A stretch of DNA of 64,000 bases, taken from contig CAJINV010000010.1 in the NCBI GenBank assembly GCA_905178155.1, positions 820,009 through 884,008 of the forward strand, written 5' to 3'. The stretch is from Amoebophrya sp. A120. Lineage: Eukaryota; Protista; Dinoflagellata. The notes beneath the pieces are model-generated. The model was not told the origin of the DNA and did no database searches. It saw only the letters and a list, made by a program, of their open reading frames with translations. Position numbers and translations under genes: made by a program. This document shows, piece after piece, positions 35,001 to 47,000 of the stretch. Positions within the stretch are counted from its first letter, which is position 1. Every line of letters begins with the position of its first letter.

Positions 35001-38000
35001 TTCCCGCTGAAGCCGCTGATGCAAATTCCGCTTTGCAAAGTGCCGTCGGCAAGCTGTAGTACTAGTGCCTCTGGTACAACTAGTACAATGCCACTGCAGC
35101 TTGAGGGGTCGGCAAGTCTTCTACATCCTGTTGCGTCTCAGGCAGAAGTGCAAAAAGCCATAGTGGCGGAACCACCAGGACGAGAGGTTGTTACAGCCGC
35201 GAAAATAGTAGAGCCTCCCCCCGGAGTTGTGTCGGCGGCAGCAACGGAAGTTTTAAATGGCCCACCCGCTGCCGCTCCATTGGAGGAGAGTTCATCATCC
35301 TCTCAGCTGGGTCGTGACAAGGACAAGCCAACCATCTGCGAGCAAATGGATGGGGGTAGGGTCATCATGCGCCGAGATGATGAAGACCCTGTCGAAAGCA
35401 CCTCAACTTTGGTTGCGCACGACCACAGGGAAGACCTAAAAGCACCTCCTGCTTCAGACGAGGAGGTTCTTCTTGCCATGCAAAACGAGAACAACAACGA
35501 GGAAGGATTGCACGACGTCGCCGCAGGGTCTGCTACTGGCAAGGAGAAAGCAGGGTCAGGCGCCTTCTCTGCAGAGCAGAAGAACGGAAGAACTGCCGCC
35601 ACCTGCGCGACAGGAGGTGGAGCTTCTGCGCGCAGCGCCGACTTTGCTATTGGTAGCGAAGGAAATTATAACCGGGGTAGTAAAGGTGGTGACTGCGACT
35701 GGAAAGAAGAAAGACTAGTAGTACAACCCGAAGTAGCAGCATCAGACACAACGTCACAAGATTATCTTCACGTAGAGGACAGGATCATATCGAGCACCCC
35801 AGCCGCCTCTGACGTTATAACGTGCTCAGGTGTAGTTACAATTTCAAGCGTTACATGTCATGCAAAAGCTGCTTGATCTGACTTACGTATCCTCACAGGA
35901 ACACGCATAACAAGGTCTGGACTTCCAAACCGCGCAGTATAATCTGCCGAAATTTGTATGGCAGAAAGTGAAGCGCTGTGCTAGTCTGTCATGCTCATCA
36001 TGCAATACAAAATCCAGACTCTATTGTAACGTTTGAGATTGTAACGTTTGAGCGGGTCATAGACGTTGACACAGTTTTTTCGACAGATGGCAAGGAAACC
36101 AGTTATTCTCACCAGACCAGGAGCACAATAAACAACTCGAAGGAATCCTCTGTCACGGAAACCTACATTCTGAATCAGCATCAAATCAGCCCGCAGGAGG
36201 AAGACGTGAAAAGTTCAGCCCGACACGGGGAGGAGGACCAGCAATATTCCAGTACGCAAGCGTATGCATTGCAAAAGTATCGTCCTCGTATAAATGCGAG
36301 TCTAGTGAACCTGTACAAACGGGTACCCCTGACGGTACGGGCCCTCTTATACAAAAAATGTACATGAGTAAACACGAAAAGTGTACAAAGAAAGACTGAA
36401 ATTGTAGAAAAGAGAAGACGGACGGTCCTGTGCAACCGGGCACCTCCGAACACGGATTTGTCTAGAAAATAGCGAAAAAAGAGATGAGGTCAGGGCTGGA
36501 AGATGTGAGTGGATAGCGCGCGCGCGCGCGACTTGATGTGAGTGGGAACGCGGGCGCTGCAGAGCAGGGCGGGGCAGTGAGGGCAAAATAGCTTCAAAGA
36601 GGGGCAAGGGTATTTATCTAGGCGAGCGACGTGCTTGGCTATGGCGGCGTCGTGCTCACAAAGGCCTGTAGATTTAGTGACGACGGGCGCAGTGGCAGTG
36701 CGCGGTGTTTAGATAGTCGCCATGCAGAGTTGGGTCCTGTACAAAAGGGACCGACCTGTTAATCGCGGGGCCTCCGGAGTTTCCCGCCGGGCCTGTGTAT
36801 TTGGTAACCCTGTACGGTGCGAGCGGGTACCTTTGGCGGCCCATACGTTTGTATAAAAAATGCAGACTTCGGCTGTTTTCCAATAGCATAATTTGTTTGC
36901 AGGTGCCTGTTTGTACTGGGGGCCCCGTACAGTGCGGGGGCTCCGTCCCCACTGATACACTAGCATTACAGATCTGCTTTCTTAGCTGAACCTGCATGAC
37001 AAATTTCGTTTTTCTTCTAGGAAAAATTTGCAATGCATCTATACGAGTGCGATACTTTTGCAGTGCATAAAGCGCGATTGATGACGCCCACCATTACCTT
37101 CGACTTACACGACTTTGCCCGTGAGGATCACTTTTTTGATGCAGAACTGGGCAGCTCCGCAGGAGGAGACACAGCAAAAATCCCGGAGGAAGGAAGACCG
37201 TCCGAAGGAGGTTCTTGTACTGCTTCTGCCACCACCTCAACTACAAGCGCAGACGAACGCACGAGCAGAAGAAACAGTGCGGACGAGATCACGCCGAAAA
37301 CTTCAATCTACTCGTATCGAAAGGAAAATTCCCCCCTCCCCATTTCAAAATGAAACTTCTGATGCTGGATTTGTGTACGCAAATCCGCGCTGTCTTGCTG
37401 GAGAGCACTACAGGCCCATACTAAGTGTGAGTAGAGAGGTTTTAGCCTGGGCACTTAGCATGAAAAACATCCTCGCTGTAGGCCCAACAGCATGACAAAC
37501 CGCCTGCCCAATGCGGCGGTTGTCTGTGGAGTTGCCTTCTTGCAAGACAGACGCGATTTGTGACCGCAAATCAGCATCACAAATTTCCAAAAGTGTACCT
37601 CTTCAGTATGGGGAGGGCGGATTTTTCGTATTGATAACTCGAGTACCGCGGAGAAGTTTCCGGTCCTGGTTCGGAAGAGAATCGTACGGAAGACGAACAA
37701 ACCTCCGGGTGGTATATCAAATGTAAAAGTGTCTGGGTCTGGAAGATTGCGAGATTTGTCATGCTGATCTGGCATGGCTCTTAAATCTGTATTGCGTGGC
37801 CACAAACAGCCTCTGTCGCCTGTCATGCAAAAACTCAGTTTCTCATGCGAAATATGCAGCACAGAAGCACGAAGCAACTTGTCATGCTTGGCGGCGCATT
37901 ACAGTGCATTTGCTATTGACTGACTTGCATCACAAGTTTCCAGACCCAGACATTTTTGCATTTCATACGGTACTACTAGCGGCAGCTACAAGGGCGGCGG

Positions 38001-41000
38001 TCCTCACCAGGTTGATCCTCACCAGGTTCATCTGGGAGCAGACAACAGAAGAAGTTCTTGCGGGGGCTCCGCTGGCTTGTTCGGAGATATAATGACGTCG
38101 TCAGCTGCGACATCGTCGCGAAGAAGCAGTGTGGTGGAGCGAAGCGACGGGCGGGGAACAAACTCGGAAGTGATTTCTTCTAAAAACAGTCGAGCGGGGC
38201 GGGCACTCAATCATTCCGCCGCTGCACAGCACACGCGACCCAAAAGTGCTGATGAAAAGACGGACCCCACTGATGAAGGTGCCGCACCATCTACTACCCG
38301 TGAAGAGCAGGGTGAAAAAACATTTCTCGAAAATGTAAATGCGCAGCTTAGTACCAGCGAGGAGAAGGTGAACGCCGCTGGAATTATTGTGTCTGAAGGC
38401 GAGAAGGGTCGAGATCGACTAGCAAGTAAAAGTAGCATTGAACAGCAAAGCCAGGAGGTCGATGGAGGAAATGTTGCAGATGAAATCAGAGAACCCAATC
38501 ATGCGCCGTCGGCTTCGAAGAAGAACAAACAGGGAAAAGTAAGCACTGCAGACGAGGTCAATACAACCTCTCCACCTGCAACGCCAGCAGTCTTGGTGGC
38601 GCGCGAGGAAGTGGTTTCACCGGTGCTGGTAACCCCGCCCGCTTGTCCAGAGGGCTCTCTACTTCCGGTAAAGGCAACAGCAGTGCCGCACGAACCCCAA
38701 GTGCGGAAAGCAGGAGAGCCAGCCACTGCAATAGACCACCGGGAAGACCTACAGACGGCAGAATCTCCAGCACAGAAAGCTGTAAACCCGACGAAACAGG
38801 TAGAACAAAATCAAAACCAGCCACAGCCGATGATTCCAACGAGGGGTGGGGGCTCTGCTTGTTCTAGTACGAGCAGCAGCAGCAGCAGCAGTAGACCAAA
38901 ATCCGCGTCCGCGACGAATAAGACCAGGGCCGTATCACACAGAAAAAAACTGGCAGGTCATATTTGTAATGCAAAAGTAAATAGACAAAAAAAATTGTAT
39001 TGCATAGCCTAAATAGCATGCTATGAGGTCGCCCATGACAGATTTTGCTGTGTATTTATTTTTGCATTACAGACATGCCCTGCCAGCGTTTTTCTGTGGG
39101 ATAGGCCGCGCAACTAGCAAGCCAGTCGAGCATCACGGACGTTTTGCTCTTGTCCGAGGGATATCAAAAGTAAAAATGTCTGGGTCTGGAAACTTGTGAT
39201 GCTGGGTGGCGTCTCATGATGAGGCTACTAATGCTGGCTCAGCATGACAAATTTCTGAGCTCCTAGGTGTTGCCTATTCTGCATGACAAACTGTGCTTCT
39301 GCATCACAGAAAAACGGAGCTCTTAGGTAACGTGCATGACAGATTTAAGAGTCATGCCAGACAAGCATGACAAACATGAATTCTTCCAGACCCAGACATT
39401 TTTACAGTTGATAAGGGAAGTCTCGCACTGGTGATAGCCTCCGAACGGAAGAGCACGAAACTGTTTCTGCAAACCGCACAGGGAGTCCGGAATGTCGTGA
39501 TACAAACCCTCTTATCAAAGTGAAAAAAGCCCCCACCCCATATTGAAATGACAATTTGTGTTGCTGGATTTGTGTACACAAATGAGCTTTCTATTGCAGC
39601 AAGAGCCTAAGAGCGTGGCGGCATATTCTAATCCCATTTAGGTACAACTACGCGTACGGATCCGGCTAGCAACTGAGCATGAGAAACAAGTCTGACATAT
39701 GCGAAAACGCATGACAGACTCGCTGTACAATGCGCCACGACATGGGTGCCATTTGCCTGGTACGCAAGACAAAGCTGATTTGTGGTCACGAATCGGCATC
39801 ACAAATTTCCTATTTGCTATGGGGAGGGGGGACTTTTCCTTACGATGCCTCTACATCGAGGAGGCGCTGCTCGGCGCCTGCCTCGGCCCGGGGAACCTGA
39901 ACGATGTGTATCGCAGGAAAAAAGTGTTACAGTTACACATTGTCATGCAAGACTGCCAACAGAGACAACCTTTCTCATGCAGGAAATGCTTCGGAGCTTC
40001 GTTTCCTTCCTGTTTTCCCTTGTGATCTGTGCATTACTCTACCACACAGAGAAAATTTGTGATGCAGAAACTCCAACACGTGTGTAACTGTAACACTTTT
40101 TTGTCGGGATAATGTGGGGGCCGCGGGAAGTAGTGGTTCGTCATCTGAGATGAATGCAATGAATTCCTATGATTTTTCCGCAGGAACAAGTGATGGCCAT
40201 CAACTGTCGCCGGGCGGGGGCGGAGCGGTTTTTGGGCACCAAGCACTCAACAAGCCGCGGAAGACCATGAGCTTTGGGATTGAAGCAGGGGAGGAAAGCA
40301 CGTGGGTACTAAAGGGCTAAAGATCAACTTACATTTCGATCAACAGCATTGCGACCAGAAATACTTCGCTTCCGTTGCAGCTTTTCGTTTGTGGCTTTAG
40401 TTGATTCATCCCATTTAATAGAGGTTTTTTTTGTAGTACGATGTGGCACGACTCAACTACATGCAGTTTCAATGATACAACATACACACAGGTCACGTTG
40501 TGCATCCTCTACACGGTTTCGCGCGTTTTCGCTTTGAAGGCCAGCCGCGCGCACTTGCGTTTGACTCTGGAAGCGGTGTCGCTCGACTTGATTTCGCCCG
40601 CGCCGTTGGATCTGCTTCCCAGTGGAGCAGGAGGAGGTGCGCGACTGGTCAACTACCCCCTCGAGGACCACGGTGTTGCAAAAAACGCGTCGCAAAATAA
40701 GGTGGATCACCTCCTACAACTTCACAAGAAGAACATCAAGGAAACTTCTTCTACGAGCGACAATTACTATCTGTTGGACAAGTATTATGGAGAGAAAAAA
40801 GTTTGTCACAGTCACCAACTTCCAGGTTTTGCATTACAAATTTTCTCAGCATCACAAACTTTCCTTGTATTGCAGAAACACTAGGGAAATCCCTAATGGA
40901 GTTTGGCTGTGATGCATTTTTACGCATGACAAACAATTGTGTATTGCAAGAATGCGCATGAGTGATACGAACTTTTTTTCTTCGATAAGTATCTGCCCTA

Positions 41001-44000
41001 CCTCTGTCAGGCCTTCCATTTCGACTTCGATCAGATTCTTCTGAATGCGGGCAAGCTGGCGGAGAATCTTGGCGTGTGCTTGCGGATTTGGTCGAAGCGC
41101 GAGGATATCGAATGCAAAAATGTATGGGTCTGGAAGGTTGGTACTTGTCATGCTAAATCTGAATCATGCAAAAATCTGTGTTGCGTGAATGATTCCCAAA
41201 TGTTGTCCAATTTTGATTAAGTTGAGAGGCAGTTTCTCATGCAGAATAGGCATGATGGTGATCTCACGGAATCTGTCATACTAGGTCCTCCATTACAGAT
41301 CATATGGGTCATGGATAACCTGCATGACAAGTCTAGCAAAGTTCCAGACCCAGACACTTTTGCATTTGATAGAGGACCGACACGTCCCCCTTGAGGTGTT
41401 ACAGGAGGCGCTCGTATGGATTGCAAACATGTCAAGGTCGGGAAGGTTGCAGCTTGTAACGCTGTTATCTTTGGGTCCCAAAGAAATTTGTATTGCATGA
41501 CCAGCAACAGCTGTCCAGTTTGTGTTACGCGGAGAAGGCATTTCTACTCATGCGGAATAGAAGGCATGATCAGGAAGCCGAAGCCCTCTAAAAAGCTGTG
41601 ACGCTAGAGCATGCATTACAGGCATCATGGATCTTCATACAAAATGCGCATGACCAGACCCAGACATAGTTGCATTTGATAGCTCGGGTACGATGTTGAT
41701 TTGGTCGCGAAAGAGCTGGTGAAGGAGTTGCTTCTTCTCAGCATCATCCCGTATCAAATGTAAAAATGTCTGGGTCTGGAAGATTGCTACATTTGTCATG
41801 CATGTCTGACATGGCCGCTCAAGAATCTGTGATGCATGGGCACGAAGCTGTCCTCTTACGTGTCATGCAAAAACGCAGTTTGCCATGCGGACCACGCAAC
41901 ACATAGGAGCCCAAAAATGTGTCATGCTTGGCTCCGTATTGCAGTGGAACTCTCATTCGCTTTTAGCATTACAAGTTTCCAGACCCAGACATTTTTACAT
42001 TTGATATCCGGGATCGTACTACCAAAGCTACTTCACGCATTGATGGCATCATGTCTGCGGGCAACCACGCGTCGCAAGGGGAGGAAATCGCAGCTGCAGA
42101 AACGAGCTCTACTACTTCCGGTCGCGCCGCCGGTACAGATGACGTGGAGGCTGAAGAGACGGCGCAGGTCAAACTACCAGGTAAGGGCGATCAAATCGGC
42201 GAACAACAACTTGCAGGTCGTGGCGCCGCGCCACACAAAAATGATTCGGTTGGTATGATATCCTCTCAACATCTTGTAAATGCAACAGCTACGCCTGCTC
42301 ACGACCACCACGAGCTAGGAGTGGGCCAGCACGATATTTCGATTCTCGATGACGTGTTAGAAATCCTGGAGGACCACTGGCAAGACCCCAACCTGTACGT
42401 GGTCCGGCTGACGCTCTACACTTGCGCCCTGAAGGTATTTTTCTCGCACTTTCCGACGCGGGAGTGGCGGGGCGAAGTGGAGGTCGCGGCAGAGAAGGCA
42501 AGAACTTCTGCCTGTAGTCGTGCACCAAATTTTGATATTGAGGGTACTGGAACAAGTAGTGCAACAGCCGCTGGGAACAATTGCAAGAAAGCTACTGCAG
42601 CTGCTGTTACTGCTGCGGGGGCAATAAAGCCAGATTCAGCGAGGGAAGATGATTACAATACGGTGGGCGTCGAAACAGGGAATGAAAATGATGACCGTGG
42701 ACAAGAACAAGGCGTGAGAGCAAATAGGTGCACTACCATCGTGATTGGCATTTTTGTCCTAGATAAGACTGAAAGTAGAAAAACAACCACCAACGACCTA
42801 AGGCTGAAAGTAGCAAAGCACGAAAGTAGAAAACGGACCATCACCCACCGCCACCCACCGCCGCCCACCGCCACCTACCGCCACCCACCGCCACCCACCA
42901 CAACGCTTCCCCCCCCGCTGCTATGCTATCGCGCTTCCCTACTCCCCGCCGCTTATATGTGATTTGCTGGGCATATTGCGGCCCTTCTTTTTTTTTATTT
43001 TTTAAAGAAGTAATATAGCAGCATCTGTGTGCGTGGGTCTGTATTTGGGTAGATCCAGAAACCAGCGCAACCCCCCGCAACCCCCCGCAACGCTTCTCCC
43101 CCCGTTGCTATAGTGCTTCCTCACTCCCTCAAGCTTATATAGCGTCAAGGTTTTCTTTTTTTTTTTTTTAAAGTGATAAAGTAGCGTAAGCATGTACGGG
43201 TAGGAGGCTATCTGGGTAGATCCAGAAACCAGCGCAACCTCCCGCAACCCTCCGCGGCCCTTCCATCTCCACCCGTTGGTATGGTGTTGCCTTACTCTCC
43301 CCCCGCGCTCCGGGGCGATCTAAATGCAGTCAGCTCAGCCATTATATGCATAGGCACATAGACACCTGGACAAACACCCTCGGCACCGTGCTAAGCCGCT
43401 TGCCTTATCGTGCAACGCCCCCCCGACGCAGTTCGGACGCTCTCGGTCGCAGTTAGAAACTCGGCAGCCATGTGATTTGAAAGGAAAAGAAAAACAAAGA
43501 AAAGAAAAAAGAAAGAGGGGCGAAACACTCTGGCAGCGTGCTAGTTCGCTTGCTGTATCGTGCAAAGCCCGACGCAGCTCGGGCGCTCTCGCACTTAGAA
43601 CCCCGGCAGCCTCGTGGGCTGAAAGGGTGAGAAAGGGAAAAAAAAGAAAGAAGAAAGAGAGAGCGGCGCAACTACTTTCTCGGCATCGTGCCCGGCGTTG
43701 TTCGGATGCTCACGCACTTAGAACCCCGGGGGCCTGCCTCATGATTTGAAAGAAAGAAAAAAGGCAAGAAAAGAAAGAAGATGGAGGAAAACAGCTTGGG
43801 AAAAGAATCCGTGCTCTTTTCTGCCCGGCGCTGTGTACGAAGAGCAAAAACCTTCCCCCGGTAAGGATCTCGACAAGTTTCCTTGGCGTTTGTGCAGCCT
43901 GTTTGCCCACACTAACATCGAAAGAAGAAAGAAACAAAAGGGACAAACCCTGCAGCTTCTTGGGAGCAGCGTGCGCGCTTTGTCTTTTCGATCCTTTTCT

Positions 44001-47000
44001 CTTTCTCTTTCTTCCAAATCGCACGGCCGCCGAGGTTCTAAGTGCCTGCGGGAACATCCGAAGGACATCGGGCTTTGCGCGATAAAGCAAACGGCTTAGC
44101 ATGGTGCCGAGAATGCCTGCCCCTTCCTACCTAATAGGGGCGGGAAATGCATATAGCTCCGCTCGTAGCCATCTACTGGCACTGGGTAGATCCAGACAAC
44201 ACAGCAGCCCTGTGCTTAGAACCCCGGGGGCCTCATGATTTGGGCGAAAGAGAAAAGGCAACAAAAGAGAGAAGAAAGAAGAAGGAGAAAAGCCCACTGG
44301 GAGCAGCATCCGTCTTCTTTTCTATCAGGCACTGTCTACGAAGAGCAAAAACCTTCACCCGGTAGGTGCAGTCTGTTTGTTCGCACTAACATAGAAAGAA
44401 GAAAGAACAGGCGAACCTTGGAACTTTTTGGGAGCAGCGTGCTTTTTCTGTTCTATCCTTTTCGCTTTCTTTCAAATCGCGAGGCTGCCGAGGTTCTAAG
44501 TGTGGGAGGGCGTCGGGCTTTGCGCGATAAAGCAAACGACTTAGCACGATGCCGCGAATGCTTGCCCCTACCTAATAGGTGCGACCAATGCGTAGAGTTT
44601 GTAGCCATCTGGATAGACCCAGACAACATAGCAACCCTGCGCAACCCACCGCAGCCCTGCGCAAGCCTGCGCGACCCTCCGGCCCCCGCCCCCCCGCTGC
44701 TGTGGTGTCGCCTTGCGTATGCCCGTCCCTCCGCTATGTATTTTATGCATTTGCCGCTACAGCGTCCTGAGTATATAGACACAGGCACACACACACACAA
44801 GCAGACCAGGGGGGGGAGAAGGGTGGCGGTGGGTGGCGTTGGGTGGCGGTGGGTGGCGGTTGGTGGTGCAGGTATGCGGCCGGCTGTCTACCTCTGGGTG
44901 GTGTGGATATATATCTATATGTATATCGTGTATCTACCGTAGATACACGATATACATATAGATATGTGTCTATGTTTACGTAGACTACGTAAACATAGAC
45001 ACACACGCACACGCAGGCACACAAGCAGACCAGCGGGGGGGGGAAGGGTGGTGGTGGGTGGTGGTGGGTGGTGGTGGGTGGCGGTGGATTCGTGTGCTAT
45101 GTGTATGTCTATATCATATAGATATATATACATGTACATGTAAGCACAGACTTTTCTAATATGCATATCTGCATATGCGGGGGGGGAGGCTCGCGCGCAC
45201 GTTTTCGGCCCTCGGTTCTTTTTCTTTTTTCAAAATTGAGAAACACGCCGGAGACCCATTTCGCTGCAGTTCTTGCACAAGTAGCAAAAAAATGCCAATC
45301 ACGATGGTGCTGCACCTATTTACTCTCATACCAACAACAAGAAACCACGGCGCCAACGAAGAACCCTGCTTCTCTTTCCCTGCCTCCCCTCACCTTCACG
45401 AGGGAATGGGTGGCTGAGCAATTGGAGGAGTTTCTGGAGGCGGAGGTATCTTTCGTAAAAGCGTTCTTCCCGACGCCGCAGGGTCATCAAGATGGAAACT
45501 CTGCAACACAAATACGTTCAATCTTGGGAGTCACGCATGTCAAAGCTTTGATCTGTACGACTAGTCATCAAGTGCCGAGTACTAGCTGCTAGGAGGGCCG
45601 CATCAAAAAGACGCGCACTTATCCTGTGTGCCGCATTTTTACAATCTTTTACAAATTCCGAAACACAAGTAGAAGTGGCTCTCTTGGGGATGCGCATTAC
45701 AAGTCGATTCTTGTATATGCAAATCTGCATGACAACTCTGGTTTGGGGACGTTTTTATTCAGGATACGAGGAGCAGACGAGAGACCAGTTGTTTGAGGAG
45801 TTCTATTGTGAGGAAAAATCCCCCCTCACCATACTGAAGCGGTATGCAGCTTCTAAAAATTTGTCATGCTGATTTGTGACCACAACTCCGGTCTCTCTTG
45901 CAAGAGGGCAAATCCAAAGAATCCGTGGTATTTTTATGCAGGGTTGTTTGTAATTATGCTGTTGCGGCTACAACTACATGGCAGGCCTCTGCTTTGCTAA
46001 GTGTCTACAGTTGTAAAACACCCCAGCGCGGCAACAAAATGAGGCTCTAGCACCTGCAGCGTCTCATTGCAAGACAGAGCGGATTTGATGTGTACACAAA
46101 TCCAGCACCAGAAGTTTCCGCTTCTATTATATTGGGAGGGGGGGCTTTTCATTTTGATGAGTTCTGTATCGACGTTATCACCAAGGCAAAGCGGTCGCTG
46201 GGATTCGACCTACCCGTCCGCGAACGGTTGCTGCGGGCGTATTTGGGAAGCAGCGGGGGAGCAACAAGTACAAGTAGTGGGCCGAACAAGGGCGGTGCTT
46301 ACCTGGTTCCACACGGAAGGAAGCCACTACTGCAACAACCAGAAACTACTGCTGGTGCAGGCGGAGTAGTTGGTCCAGTGCTGACGCTGAGCAATTCGCT
46401 CTCAACGTTTCTGCAGGCACTGATCATTGGATGTTTCATCGAAAGTCTCGAGTGCGGTTTGGAAACTGGTGCGGAAGTGGTCAGAAGTGTGGTGACGAGG
46501 TTTATTTCATCTTTTTCTGCAGCTGGTATCGGGCTGAACTGCGGTCAAGGAATGATCACATCAGAAGTAGAAGATGACGGAATTTTGAAAAACGGTTCAA
46601 TTTCTCCACTCCGCGAGGACGGTAGTGGAACGAAACATCAACAAGAAGTAGAGAGAGAAACTTGCCTTGCAGGCGGAGGAACTCCGGCTCGTCGGAACAA
46701 GCACGGGACGAACACCAACGGCGCGGCGGCCGAACCTCCGCAGGAGGTGCGCTATGACCAGGAGCAAGCTTACGCGGTGTTCTGCTTCACCCTGTACATG
46801 TTCTTGAAACGCATACAGCAGGCGACTTCGGCTAATGGAAGTGGGAGCGGCGGCGGAGATGCCAGCACGGGGAATAGTACAACCAATGATCATCGAGGAA
46901 CGGACAAACAGATCTTTCACCTCCTTGTCAAAATACAGGAAATTGTGTTAATCGGCCTTGAAGATTTATTTTCCAGCACAAACAACCTGCCCGCAGCCAC

